Positions 1-14,014 of a stretch of 64,000 nucleotides of DNA are shown here, in pieces. A model generated the notes under the pieces. It made no database searches. It saw only the letters and a list, made by a program, of their open reading frames with translations, and had not been told where the DNA came from. The stretch spans positions 1,364,001 through 1,428,000 of the forward strand of contig CM120647.1 of the NCBI GenBank assembly GCA_051362555.1, given 5' to 3'. Numbering within the stretch: the first letter of the stretch is position 1; every line of letters starts with the position of its first letter. The position numbers and the translations under genes were made by a program. Origin of the DNA: Lingula anatina (lineage: Eukaryota > Animalia > Brachiopoda).

Positions 1-1649
1 GTCAATAGCCCATCCACAACCAACGCTAACATCGACATTGTAAGTATAAGTATGCTACCTGCTTTGAAACCTCGCAGCTTCTCGATTCCTCTCGCGAAAT
101 GTGTAGATCTCGCGTGAGAAGACGGGAGCTTTTGGGATGTATTGGTAGACTTCGCTGGGTGAATTTGATATTGTATCTTTTAGAAGATTTGTTTCTGAAT
201 GACATGTTCCTAAAGGATAGAGATAATTATTGCACTCAGAGGAAAATGCTCTAAGAAAAATAAAGCCCTCAATTTAAAGTTAGTAACAATATACTTGTGA
301 TATCTGCTGATTTGTGATTTATAATTTAAAAACTCTCATTGCCTTTTGATTCCAACAGTTATTGTGAAACAACTTGACAACCAGAACAGAATATATAGCA
401 CTGTAGGCTTTTCTTATCGTAACATATACTAATTATCCTGCCTGTGTTCCAGGGCTGTTACGACAAAGTAAAGGACTTGGTGATGTCGTATAGCAGCATC
501 GTTCTCGGGATCGGCATTGGCATCGCTGTCGTGCAGGTAAATATTTCAGTCCCTTTGTCACCACCACCTCATCCTTGTCAGCCATCTTTGTGGTAGCTAG
601 AACACGGCTCATTAGTGTACTGGTCTAGTGCACTGAACTATTGCAAGGGTGCAGTAGTCAGTTTGACCGCCCGTGTAGCGGGACAGTGGCTCATCTACGG
701 TACGGCATATAACACTGTAGCAGGTCCGGTGTAACATGACAGAGAGTCCCCCATGATAGAGTCCGTTTCCCATTCATTTGTACAGGCAAGCCTCGCCCTG
801 GATTTTGATCCACTTAGGTCAGGCTAACCCTAACCATTATAACAGAAGGGAGGGCGGACTTTTTATTACAAGGACCTTTAGTTTCGTAACACCGACAAGC
901 ACGGGGATTTATCTAAGTACACGTTTCCATTTGGGAACATTTAGGCGCAAACAGTTGAACAGCCGCGTCCTGGTGTTGTAGTTAGCACGTGCCATACCTG
1001 CCGTAGCCTAGATATGACGCTGCCCTCAGCGCTTTCTGAGTGAGGTGCGTTTGTGTCTGTGTGTGCATGCGCGTGTGTGTGTGTGTGTGTGTGTGAGGGC
1101 AAGTAGAAGAGAGGGTCGGGGTACTTAGAGTGTGTTAGGTGTGACAACATGGCGGCTGGGCGCAACTAACCGCTTGGTAGATTTTTTTTCACTGCTGGGA
1201 GTCTTTGTGCAGTAGGTGAATTCAGACAGGGGCATTTAACATATTGCTAACAGTGTTTTGCTTAGAAGTTTTTAACCTATCATTAACTTCTCCTAATCCA
1301 GACCCAGAAGGTTCCAAAAATAAGATCATTTCCCGGTCTTAAAAAAAACTTGGTTGAAACAAGGCAAGGGTTTATTCCTTACAAACGCCCTTGATCTTTT
1401 GAATTGCTTCTATCAAAGACGACGCAATGAGACCAAATGTTTTTGCAAAACACGCAAATAAGAGAAAAAAAGGGCCTGAAGCCTAATGCTTTAATCTTTT
1501 AAAGGCAAAGTAGAAGGTCGTGAGGGCTAATTTGCCACATCCGTTACATTTAGCTGTACTTTCTGTTTCTTGCCTTACAGCTGCTGGGCATCATATTTGC
1601 ATGCTGCCTTTGTCGCTCCATCACGAAGAACTTGAACGAAGTCGTTTAG
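1..1649 (+). CDS. Tetraspanin paralog 1, 3' part (end of large extracellular loop, TM4, tail); isoform using last exon A; 5' part outside window
   Basis: Exons <1-39 (VNSPSTTNANIDI|gtaagt), 453-536 (ag|GCYDKVKDLVMSYSSIVLGIGIGIAVVQ|gtaaat), 1581-1649 (cag|LLGIIFACCLCRSITKNLNEVV*). All phase 0. Exon boundaries and the 84-nt GCY exon match the complete paralog at 10862-15512. AATAAA at 2211. Confidence 0.9.
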
Positions 1650-2636
1650 ATCCCGAACAACTTCTAGCAGCTTTTTTCTTGTAAGCTAGAACCTGTTTCT
1701 CATTAGATGTGGATAGTTGGCTGCATAGTGCTTGTTACTGCGTACATTTCTGATACCGCGCGCCTGATAAGAGTACTCCCACGCTTAATGAGGAGATTGA
1801 TTTCAAAAATCCTGTTTTGTTTCTTTCTTGTGATTTCATTGGAAATCACCTAATTCTGCATCAGTTCTGAAAAAAATGTTCCTGTAACTCCTCCCTGTGC
1901 TTTGGTTTACTCCTCTACACACTGCTTATAGTGCGTTGTGAATCATCGGGAATAGTCATTCAAAATGCCGTTAGTATAGCCGTTTTAGTACCCCTTCTTC
2001 TAAACAGAGTATAACAAGCAAATCGTTTCCCCTCTTATACCCTGCATATCATAATGTAATTGTCTTAGTCTGTTACATCATAATTGTTTTCCATTCTGAT
2101 TTTATTTATTTTATTTCATATTTCATTATGGAAATCTTCATCCCACACATAACAAAATTTCGGTTCTGTTTCACGTAGACCTCATCCACCCCCACCCCAC
2201 CCAAAATAATAATAAATCAAAATTATGCTGCATACATACTAATCTCTACAAGCTGCTTTTAACCGCACTGCACCCTCTTCATTTCCTGTTTAGTCTTTTA
2301 AATATTTAACCTAGAATCTAGAACTAACGTCAGTACCCCACATAGACATAACTGGACAGAGTGGATGGAGTTCTTAATGTAATTGTAACCAAAAAAAAAA
2401 TAACTTACTTATTTATTTGTTTGTTTGTGTTAATGTTTTTAATTGCTGTACTACTATGTAATCCTGATGTATTGTAACCTCCAAGTCTTACGTAACTATC
2501 TCACTGACCAATCAACCGGCTTCCTCAGCATTAACGTATGAGTTATTCTAAGGCTAACAACTGTAACGTGTTATGTTGAATGTTTTCTCCCTCCTGTCTT
2601 TTGTGGTTTTACACTGCCCTCTATTGTTCTTTTCAG

Positions 2637-2696
2637 TTACTCGGTATCATTTTCGCATGCTGCCTGTGTCGGGCCATTGGAAAAGAGGAGGACTAA
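2637..2696 (+). CDS. Tetraspanin paralog 1, alternative last exon B (LLGIIFACCLCRAIGKEED*)
   Basis: Polypyrimidine tract plus tttcag acceptor, phase 0. The first 12 residues match exon A through synonymous codon changes. Stop TAA; AATAAA at 3113. Confidence 0.8.
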   Translation, partial: LLGIIFACCLCRAIGKEED

Positions 2697-3465
2697 TCAC
2701 ATCCCGTTTGCACGAGACTTTATTTTAACTTTATCTGATCACGTTTCTTCGAGATATCTGAATTATAGCCTTACTAGACTTTCTTGAAACTGTTTAGAAC
2801 AGAGATCATCTCTAATATATATTGTGTATCATTTATTTATTTATTTATTTATTTACGATGAATGTTTTTTTTTTTTTTTACTAAGTACCTTACATCGATA
2901 ACACAGCTTTCAGCAATGTTAATAAGCCGTGTTCCTTGTTCTGGTAATTGTTTTATATCTTTGACATATACCCAGTCTCGCGTAGTTTATTTAAGATCAA
3001 GTTTATGTTTTATTTGAAGGTTTTTGATCAGACAAATAAGTCTATATATCACATATATTATGATACCTGTACGCAGGGATATTTCTCAGTCGTGTCACTT
3101 CACAGTGCTGTAAATAAATGCTGAGAAGTATTGCCAATTGTACCAAAAGCAGTATTTCATTACTTCATTTAAAGTTATAAATTGAGCCTTGGTTGTTTAG
3201 TGCGAATATACGTCATTTTATCCAATGTCAAGGATTAGCTCCAGCTTCTCCGTATTGATAATGCACACGAGAAGTTATTTAGATAAGAAGGAATGTTATT
3301 TACATACTCTTCAAGATGGTGAAATACATTTTGCATGTGTTTTTAGTTGATGAGTGTTGTGTAAAGCTTGTTATGATGTATTGCTTCAAAGGAGAGCACT
3401 GATTTTTTTCCAAGTCCTATATTATAAAAGCGACAATTTTTTTATATATTCTACTTTCTTTATAG

Positions 3466-3531
3466 CTCCTGGGCATCATATTCGCTTGCTGTCTGTGCAA
3501 AGCTATTGGAGACGAAAAGGACGACGACTAA
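3466..3531 (+). CDS. Tetraspanin paralog 1, alternative last exon C (LLGIIFACCLCKAIGDEKDDD*)
   Basis: ctttctttatag acceptor, phase 0, same LLGIIFACCLC core, stop TAA. AATAAA candidates at about 4347 and 5282. Confidence 0.8.
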   Translation, partial: LLGIIFACCLCKAIGDEKDDD

Positions 3532-6070
3532 GGATTGAGTAACGCGGAATGTGATGCCTGTATATGTAACACAACATTATAGTAAATGGACTTTGTCATG
3601 AATTTCATTATTGCCATGCAACTAGAGTGGAATTATTTATAACAAGATCAACTTGGAGCACGGTTGCTGTGATGAAAAATTGGAATATGTTATAATATTA
3701 TATTATAATCAGACTTACTGGGTTGTTGCCCTAAATCTCTATGTAGAGTGCACATTTCCTTGCTCTTTTTTATATTATTATTATTGTTATTACTCTTACC
3801 AGTGGAAGGTTTCACTCAACAAAAAGCGCTTTTACAACGGTTACATTTTGAAAAAAAAAACACCATTGTTCTTCAGCTTTCCGAGATTTAGGGCAGCTTT
3901 CATAGATAAAGGAATCTGATAAAACTCTTAAATTTTTTTTTAGCTTCTAACACTGTAAGCATTATCTATTTAAAAGTTAAATTGATCGTTGTAGTCTGTA
4001 CATAGTCAAGTCTCAAATTATTTTTATTGATGAATTGTATACCTATCAAATCTATGTATGTGCCCATTTCGTTGAATTCGTAATGATGACATTTTGTCCA
4101 ATACATACGTCACATTCCAACTAATGTTACTGTGATAGTTATATAGAATATATTTTTGTGTACAATTATTTTACATACGTTGTAAACTACAGGTATATCA
4201 TATGCCCATGCCTTATAAATATTTGCACTTCTGCTATGGTACAATTTACACACTTTATGGAACAATTCTATGTTCGTTTTCGATGCCTTGCTTCCAAGTG
4301 TCAGAGTGGTGATTTGAAGTTCATAAATGTGCAGTAGCTGATCAAAATAAATAAATAAATAAATAAATAAATAAAAGGGTGAGGTGGTCCAGTTGGAAAG
4401 GGACATGGACTTTTTAAAAACAGTGAACATTCCTATTTCGCAATATTGAAAAAATATTGAACTATCTGTTAAGATATTACAGCTGATTGCCTTCTAAGCC
4501 TAGGATAACCCGATTATTAGATATAATTGACCTGCTACTGCACGCTGTGAATATTTCTAACTTTCAATTTCATCACAATTTGTTCATAGAGGTTTAGATG
4601 TATTGGTCATTTTTGTTATGAGATTGGCTACTGGAAAATTGGCGACTTCAACAGACACGGCAATGACGACTTGTTGTGACGTCATTTGAGGATTTGGCGC
4701 CAGTTACAGAACCACGTGTGATTCTGCACTTTGTGACGTAACAACGCTTTTATTGTGACAACATGATATGAAACAGATTGAAGTTACGTCATAATGAAGG
4801 TTTTCCTCAAAGAACCGTCCAGCTGTCATTTGGACGGCCATAAGCCTCAGAGGACGACCTATACGTGTATGTCCAAAGGCGACTGGACGGCTTTCGAAAT
4901 TTTTTAGGGGTATTGGATGGGCTTGCTTGAGTTGGTCTCCCTGTAAATTGTTAGCCAAAGAGCAGCTTCACATTTTGGACTCCCAGTAACACAATTCCTG
5001 GGGAAGCTCCTGGCTATGATCATACACCAAACATTTGTAGCTGACGCCAAATCTTGACATGGCTCAGGACAGCCTGATGTTGTGTTCTGTCAAGTACGTT
5101 GACACACTTAAGTCCCTCCCTCGCTCTGTGTCTGATATAATAATCTGACTATCTGGTATCATTTGCAGTTGTTGCGTAATATGATTTTGATGTACTTATT
5201 TTACATGGAAGAAAATTTGTTATTTTATCATTATTAGGAAATGTATGAGCATGTGTTAAAAACTATGTATACGTAAACGGAAATAAACATCACAAGACTT
5301 ACCTCTGTAGCTCGAGTTTGTTTATTTTTTTATTAGTTATTGTTTTTCTTGGTCATACATTTTTATATTGTCAAATATGGACACATCGCTTTTAATGAGA
5401 TCTAAAGAGGCTTTAGAAAAGCCATAAGCTTATTTGATTTTGCTGACATGAAATATCTGCAAAGAATGATATGTAGTAATAAAGGCGTGGATAAAAGCAA
5501 GAAAAAAGTCGTTTTAGCATTGCTTTAAAAGCGCAAAATATGCATTACACCTTTAAACACCCAAACATTAATTGTCATGGACATTTCCTTTCATAAATAA
5601 TGAAAAGACATAATATTATCCAAAACCGTTCACAAAATTACGATCCATAAGCCAGACAGTTGATATTTGTCATTTATTCCTTCCTGGTTCTGAATTCGTA
5701 ATTATAACGATCATTATTATTTCAACGTTTAACACCACTTTTTTTTTCTTCTGATAAAAACTTCTTGCCAGATCTTCCGCCCCGTGGCTGCGGTAGAGGA
5801 GAAGAACACACTCCAGCTGTCTACACGGTGGCAGGGGTTAGGTAATCCTCGCATCGATTCCTCTTCGATCGGTGTACTTATCCACACAAAGCAAATATTA
5901 GTTGTCTTACTTAGTGTCTTAAAGGCTCTCTATTGTCCTGGGTAAGGAATCAATACGTGGTTATATGTAGGACGACGCGGTGCAGAAGGGAACGTGTGTG
6001 TGTGTTAACTTGGACGAGTGCGTTTCCCGGTCATGGTAAGTGTTTGCATGAACATTGCGCCTCTCTCGCT

Positions 6071-6117
<47 letters not shown>

Positions 6118-7042
6118 GCACATTCACACACACGCAAACAAACACACAAGATATCTAAAACTTTGTCTATAACATACGAGCGCATTTTACTTGAACTTAT
6201 AATGCTAACAATGCAAGCAGCGTAATGGACCCAACATCAAGCTTTTGTTGGGCCTGTGGCATAGCACGTAAGTTTTATCTGAGAGTTTTGGATAATTATC
6301 CCCGTTCTAACAGAAAAAATACTATATTGAAATTGATAATATAAAGCTATCAGCAACAATTGCACAAAGCCTTAATCCATTACCGAGAAGATAAAATCAA
6401 TAGTACAGTACGGTATGTACAATTTTTCCCTTTGGGGATTGTCAACGTTGACATATATTAGGATGAACGGAGATCAACTAGGAACGCAGTTAGGGCGACT
6501 TTATTGAACAAATTCAAGTCCTAAAACGACAGCTACAGGAGACGGTGGCCGGATTGCACTTCCCCCGTATGACGTCATTATCCTGACTTCCATAGAGCGG
6601 TTTCACTTAAGAATTTTAGATAGAAAATTGGTCGAAACTTTTAGCCTTAAAATTTGCCTGCTTCGGTTTAAGATAGATCCGTAACAATCTACTCAAATAC
6701 ATTTAAATTAAATAGTTAAACAATAATTAGACTATTGATCAGAAACATTGACCGTATACGGGAATATTTCCAGTTATAAAAACAATATCTCATTCAACTG
6801 AATTGACATTGGTTTCAATTTGTCCATAGTAGGCTAAAATTATGATCTCCAGGTACAGACTTTGAGCTATTTTTTTCTTTTTATCGTTATTTATATTTTT
6901 TATTTATTCATTTATGAAAGAGGGGACTTGTGTGAAGTCATCAACACAAAAGGTGGCGATGGAATGTGCTTAACTGGAGAATTGCAATCAAACGCCTACT
7001 TCCGGGTTCTAAAACCGCAACAACTTCATGAAGGCAGACTTA

Positions 7043-7268
7043 GGGTGCTTTCCCAGAGATTTAGATCGATCTAAGGATTAAGTTTTAGATCGACCTAACT
7101 CCCTGGGGGCTCAGGCTAAATTGCAGTCAGCCGAGCGGACACCATAATTAATTACCCCCTTACAGCTTTTAGTAGGCGGGACAGACGCTTAAGCCGGCCA
7201 AGCTGACAGTAATCTAGTGAGACTCCCCACAGGGATAGATCGATCTAAAAATCTATGGAAATGGGGTG
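7043..7268. mobile_element. ~225-bp MITE, PIF/Harbinger-like, copy 1
   Basis: Imperfect TIRs (ttcccagagatttagatcgatcta / tagatcgatctaaaaatctatggaa). Highly similar second copy at 23194-23418. Confidence 0.7.
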
Positions 7269-7655
7269 TTAGTTTGCTTTGTCGTTTTGAATAAAATTCG
7301 GCTATTTTTTTCCATTTGGACCAGAATATGGCAAGATAAGTGTGTGAATAAATGTAAATAGGACCGCTTGGAAATTGACTTGGGATGTGTCTGTGGTTAC
7401 AAAGGCACCTGTGTAGTCGTTATAAGATGATTGCAAGATCACATTACACACAGTCAGTGTGACACTAATGGCTGCACTCTACTAGATTGAATTCCTGACT
7501 ACAATACATTTTCAGCTTTATAGAATTCGATTCTCAACAGCACACAGCACACGGGGAGGTTAGTTAGAGAAAGGTGTAGGAAGACCAGGTCGAGTGGGAC
7601 AGCTAGTGGACGCTAAGGTGAAGAGGCAACCGCGGAGGGCAAGTATGTACAAGTG

Positions 7656-8225
7656 CCCTCTACCAGGGCCAGAGATTAATGTTTCCCTAGATATTCACAG
7701 CTTTCTGGTTAAATTAACGGTTATTTTCCGTACTTCGCTCAGAAAAAAATATCCACATAATAAAAATGCGGATGGTAATATACAATGCGAGTACAAGAAA
7801 GTGGTGGACACACTTGACTTTTGGGTTCAGCTTATTACATGTAACTAAAGACATCTTTATGAAGGGAACTGACAGAGTCAGTCGGTGTTGGTGTGCATGT
7901 GCGTGTAAACAAGTATGTGCGTGCATGTGTGTGTGAGCAAATGTGTCTGTGAGCAAATGTACATGTATATGTACAAATGTTTATATTTGTGTGCGCACGT
8001 CAGGACTCATGAGCGCGTGTGTATGTGAGCTTATGTGTGTTTGCGGGTATTGTATGTGAGCGCGAGTGTATCGTGGCTTGTCTCTGACAAGTGATATTCT
8101 TCTTTAATTTTGTGTGTATGTGTGGGTACCCTTCAGCTTGAACTTCAGTTGAAAATGACAATCTATCTAGCTAGAGACATATCTGTGAATATCCGTAAAA
8201 ATCTATCAGTCGCCCTGGTAGAGGG
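7656..8225. mobile_element. Non-autonomous TIR element
   Basis: 14-bp TIR ccctctaccagggc / gccctggtagaggg. Its right end (gacatatctgtgaatatc...cgccctggta) recurs inverted at about 38414-38485. No clear TSD. Confidence 0.5.
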
Positions 8226-8238
8226 TAATGTGGGGGCA

Positions 8239-8282
<44 letters not shown>

Positions 8283-9480
8283 TGTGACTACGGGTTTGGT
8301 TTAGTGTGTTTGTGCATGTGTTCATACAAGTACATGTACATTGGGTGTCTGTTTAGTTCTGAAAAAGTATATATTTCCAGATGTATGTATGTATCACTGT
8401 ACTAGATATGAGCTTTGAAATACCTCCTAAGGCTGTCTAGGCTGCCCACCGGTCACGTGACCTGGAGGAATTACTGGTCTGATTCAGAGTTAATTTCTCC
8501 AAACACGAAATTCATAGATAATGGAAAATAATCAATAAGATTTCTATTTGTCTGATGGAACAAATGGTGTTATACAACATCAGTTATAATAATCGTGCCA
8601 GCACATAATCTACCTGTGCCTGTACCGTCATTTGCCTCGGATCTACGACTGAAGACCGAGCAGTGTTTTTTAAAATGCATCATTTTATCCTGAATTGACA
8701 TCAGCGTCCTTAACATTCCCCGACAGTGTCTTCAAAGAAAAACGCGCCAAAATCAATCAAGAGTATTGAGCTCGATAATTGCTGTGCATGAAGGATTGTT
8801 AATCTTCGTGAGGACGGACAGGTGGCTCTGATTTCCTGAAATCTAACAATTCTCCCACTAATTGGTTCCGAATTGCTTTGCAACGACCCAGAGAAAAAAA
8901 TACCGACTTTTTTGTTTGAAAAGAAAACAAATTATCAAATACAGGCATATGCATTCGTTTTACCCACAGAGTTTTCTTTAAAACATTACGTCTTCTTCAT
9001 TATTTCTACTGTTTCCTAGCCTGTAGTACGTTAAGTTTCTCTTGTATTTTGCATTAGGCCTAGCTATCTCCGAGGCTGCATATTCTGACAGGCAAGCACG
9101 TGTTGAAAGTAGGTCAAGTCAATAAAACCTTGATATCAAATATAGACCAATAATACAGATACACTTGCTGTACGGCCACACAAACAAACAAGCACAGTGT
9201 GTGCGCACAATGCTAGTTGTGGAGCAGACCAAGATACAAGGCCCCGCGCCAAAAGCACACTAGACATTTCTAAACATGCAAGAGGTTAGAATAACCCAGT
9301 GAAATGCCGGGCTGTTGTTGAAGTGTGAACCACGCAGACTTTGTAAAAGCGCAGGTCTTGTTCTGGTCGGGTTTATGCACAGTGCGGTGTAATGTACGGC
9401 TGGAGCTCTACGTGATCGTCTTAGACCGTTCACTTAATTACAAGGTATGTGAAGGCGCTGTTTGTACCTGTGGGTTGGTG

Positions 9481-9484
<4 letters not shown>

Positions 9485-9560
<76 letters not shown>

Positions 9561-9728
9561 AGAGAGGGGGAGAAGAGAACGTTCTTGTGTGTGTGAGTGA
9601 GAGAGAGAGGGGAGAGAGAGAAAGAAAGAGTCAAGAAACACAGAGAGAGAGAGAGGGAGAGAGAAAATGAGAGAGGAGAGAGAGAGAATGAGAGAGAAGA
9701 GAGAGAGAGAGCGAGAGAGAAGAGAGAG
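9485..9728. repeat. Compound (GT)n/(GA)n microsatellite
   Basis: Directly visible; source of the spurious CVCV/ERER/HTHT ORFs. Confidence 0.95.
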
Positions 9729-9985
9729 GTAGCTCTGGGTACAATACATCAAAGTACATCATACATCCGTACACACAGGGCATAAATATATCAATTGTTG
9801 CCACACACATGTACGCGTGACTTACGCACAGCTTTAAGGTATATACAAGTACATATAATCTTCAACCCTGGGGGAAGAGGCATGAAGGGGCCTTGTTCCT
9901 TTGTTTGAACTGTACTTTGTGTAGTGTACAGATATCACACCTTATATACCGGCACGTGAACTGAACTGGCCATTTTTATTTACAG

Positions 9986-10187
9986 CTTCAAGAGTGACAG
10001 AGACACAGTGCAAGCATCGCGAGACTTACGTACTCTACTAAGTACATAGACTTTACAGTACCAACATGGAGTTAAAGATGGCAGTGGTTCTACCTGCGAT
10101 TTCAACCAGCTGAGGGTTAAAATATCAGCACTGACATAATATACAGGTGTTTAACTCCAGTCAGAGAAGACCTTTAACACTTCACAG
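9986..10187 (+). other. Probable non-coding 5' exon of tetraspanin paralog 2
   Basis: tttttatttacag acceptor and cag|gtgagt donor about 670 bp upstream of the first coding exon. Contains a short ATG ORF (MELKMAVVLPAISTS*). Confidence 0.45.
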
Positions 10188-10861
10188 GTGAGTAGTTGCC
10201 GAGAATTTCAGTACACTACCCTGAGGTTCAGAGGTCCAGGGTTCTGGAAACAAGAACAGCACGGGAGGGGGGGGGGGGGGGTTCCAGGGATCTCTGACAC
10301 AGGGTATAGTGACTTACTCTCTGGCAGCAGCTACCGGTATGAGGCTATACCGCTGTTAACACCCGTGGAATACCATACCTGCTTCTGCTGATCACCTGGT
10401 ATCTCAGAGATTGAGATATATGTACGTCAGATGTCTTAACATAACAGAGATTACTTTCCAATGAGCTTTGACTCACAGGGTTACTTCAGCTGAAATAAAA
10501 TTTGAACACGAAGTATGCGGTAGCTACAAGTCTGCATATTTAAGGTGCATTTCCACGTGAAAGTGCGTCAGAAACGAAATCTAAACTTTGGCCTGGTGAA
10601 GTACGAAATATAAGGTATGGTATTCTTTTGTGGTTAGGGGGATGCTTAAATTTACAGGACAATTAGATTTTTGCTGTATTAAGATCAATTACTTATCGTT
10701 TTCCACATTAAGAAAAATCATATACTTCATACAAATGAAATAATGTCGATTGGGTCCTAGAATTAGGATCGATTGTTCTTCCCAAGACGTGTCGACATCT
10801 TTGTGCCTGAGGAATGGTTCTCTCTATTTCATATCAATATTTTTTATTTCTAGGTTCCAGA

Positions 10862-13800
10862 ATGTGGCGGGCTGGGGTGACCTGTATAAAATACGTCCTT
10901 CTGATATTGACTGTGTTGATATGTGTAAGTATGACCGTTATCTCTTATCTGTGAAGCTCATACTCAGGCAACTATATAAATAAACAGTTTTTTTTTAATT
11001 GTCTCTTATCAACTTTAGTGCTTTATTCTAGAGGCCAACTGAGTGATGAAATTGATTCCCTGCCAAAATCCCTGTTAAAAATGGTTACAAATTAGCTAGA
11101 GGCTTATCTTTGAATATCCAATGATAATCAATCCGTTGCCTTAGTATAATATAGTTTTATAGTATGATGAAGGCGTTAAAAGATTAAGATGACGTTATTT
11201 GCATGGTTTTTGGCATACGGATGAAATGTACAAATGGAAGTCCGTTATTTTAATTACGAACGTGCAATGAGCTTTGGATTTATCAACAATGATTCATCAA
11301 GAACAAATAGATTTAGTAGAACGGTTGATGATAAAATAGATAAATAAAAAATGAAAAAGACAAAGTTCATAAGATGTAAGTCTTTTTGTAGATTTGAGCA
11401 CCAGCTTTAATTTTTTTTTAATTTGAACCAAATAAATGACATTTTCGTAATTATTATTTGTACATTTCAGTTGCTGGGAGCGGCTCTTCTTGGCTCTGGG
11501 TTATGGCTCCTCCTAGACAAGAACGCAAATCATGGAGTTGATCGTCTGCTCAGACTGAACGCTGACATCCAGGGGGAAACCAGCGCATTCAACGTGGGGG
11601 GTCTGCTGAAAAGCGGTGCTTATGTTGTAATCGGGACGGGCGGTGTCATATTTGTTATTGGTTTCTTTGGATGTTGTGGAATTATCAAATCTTCGAAGGT
11701 GTTATTGAAAGTGGTGAGTCTTAACTTTTTACCGCCTTAGTTCGATGTATTTTCAATTTTTTTAGATAATCCCATGACACAAACTGAAAACCAACTTCGT
11801 ATTCCCAAATGTATCTTTAACTCATGAGATAATATATATTTTTGCGTCTGTGACGTTTGAGCTATGATTACAATGTTAAGCAACCGACTATTTGTGAGAT
11901 CCAAAACATTAGGTTATGAAGTTTTTTGTTGATAATTTCACATTTGAAACCTATAGTAAACACACACCGCAAAAAGAAGTATTCTTTATCGGGGTCATGT
12001 CGATACTCCCCCGCACCGTTACTTCCCCGCATCATTACTCCCCCGCACCGATAATCCCCCTTAGTAAATTTTTGTATTATGCGCATCGAAACGACCCCAC
12101 ACCGATAGATCCCCGCACCGATACTCCCCCTTATTATAGCCTATCTGTAATTGTGGGGGGAGTATCGGTGCAGGGACGTATAGCATTTATCATTCTATTT
12201 GGTTTGGCATTCCGTCGGCCCAGTAGGATCTTTGAAAAGCTTCATCATAATGGTGAATAGCAGAGATCAAAAGCTCTTTTGTCACATTCTTGGATTTTTT
12301 TGCTCGCGAGATATCGGACCTTTGTCTCATTGAGACTGAAGAAAATGACCGATATGACACGTCAAAATATCTCTCTTGAGTATAAAAAAGTTGGTGTCAC
12401 AGGGTCTATTTTCCTTTATTTGCCTTAATTTGCCTCTGATCGGGCATCAAATCGATCAGATTGCACTACAAATTATATGTCACACATGATATAAGCAGTA
12501 CTGACATTTACATGTAAGTGACAGGTATAAACAGAAATACTTTTTTTATATTTAATGAGAAAAATGTTAATGTTTTTTCCCCTTCAGTTTGCCGTGCTGA
12601 TGGCCATCATATTACTGGCTGGTATAGCGGGCGCCATACTTGTAGTTATATTCCAGAACAAGGTAAGTGATCCAATGGATTATTATTATTATTATTATTA
12701 TTATTAAATTTTGAGATTGCATACTAAGGCAATCGATTAATTAATTTATTAGTTAATTTAAGACTAACCAGGTAGTTCATATTCTTCCAGGTGGAGGTAG
12801 CAATTCGTAATTACTTAAATACCACCATAGTGGACCAGTACGAGGGACGGCTCAATACATCACAGCCGGCGTCTCTCGCTTGGGACGCAGTCATGATGGG
12901 GGTGAGTAGCGAGTGTGTTAGGTGTACGCACATTGTGTAGGGTGAGACAGAAATGCGTTCGCTGCCACAAACTTTGCTCTGGGTTAGACAGAAGTATTAG
13001 TTAGTAGAGCACACCAGTGGCGGGTTTGAGGGGGGGGGGGGGGGTCAGGGGGGTCATGATCCCCCCCCCCTTGATTTCTGAAAAAAAAATCGCATCAATG
13101 TTTCCCTCTTAAAATCAGAATTTAGACTGGCTGAATTAAAGTTCTAAACCGTGCTTAATGGCCCCTTCTAAATTACCAAAATTTCGGGGTCATTCAGCAG
13201 ACCCTGAACCCCGCGCCGAGAGGGGGTGAGATGGAGTCGGCTTGGCATCTGCGGACCCCCCTTCAAATAGTCCTAGATCGGCCCCTGCACACATTGTGTG
13301 GTTAATGCGTAAACTACTGTATCCGACAGACTTAATATTATGATGATGCCACAGAGGGCATTGTCTGTATGCTTCTAGGTGTATTTCTTTTTATTACATC
13401 TATGCTGGCCCTCTGCGACGTAATGTTGTCACCGTTATTTTATTTTATTTTATTTTATTTTTTTTTTTTTTGCCAAGCGTTATTCTGATTGAGGATATGA
13501 TATAAACCTCGTTGGCTGAAATCGCCAGTTAAGAGCAACAGGTTAGAAAGTGGGGTTCAAAATTACCTGTGAATAATGAAAACCCAACAGAAACTCTAAT
13601 CCCCCTCCCCCCCTTTTTTATTATTTTATGATACGATTTTATTAATATTTTGAAATCTGTGTAGAAATGATGATGTTACCTATATTTTGTCTGACCAGTG
13701 AAAAGATGCGCGAGTTCCAATTTTTTACACACAAGGAAAAATAAGTTATGAATATTATATTTACGTACAGGTGTTATGTGTATTTAAAGAAAACGTGCAC

Positions 13801-13982
13801 GTATAATGTAGCTTGTTGTTTAAAGATTTATCTTATTAACAGATGCGGTGCTGTGGTATTGACGGCGGCGACGACTTCAGATATGCCACCAGATGGGATC
13901 ACACTATAGTGGACACTGGGAAAGTAGTCCCAGGTGAGTCCCCCCCCCCCCCCCCTCTCTCTCTCTCTCTCTTTCCATTAAA

Positions 13983-14014
<32 letters not shown>

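Noticed and set aside
726-893. Telomere-like ctaaccctaacc (also near 31424 and 35927)
   Set aside because: Only 1-2 units embedded in short dispersed repeats; not an interstitial telomeric array.
9325-9785. ORFs rich in CV/ER/HT/SL repeats (also near 5933, 33395, 34336, 39301, 46175)
   Set aside because: Translations of microsatellites.
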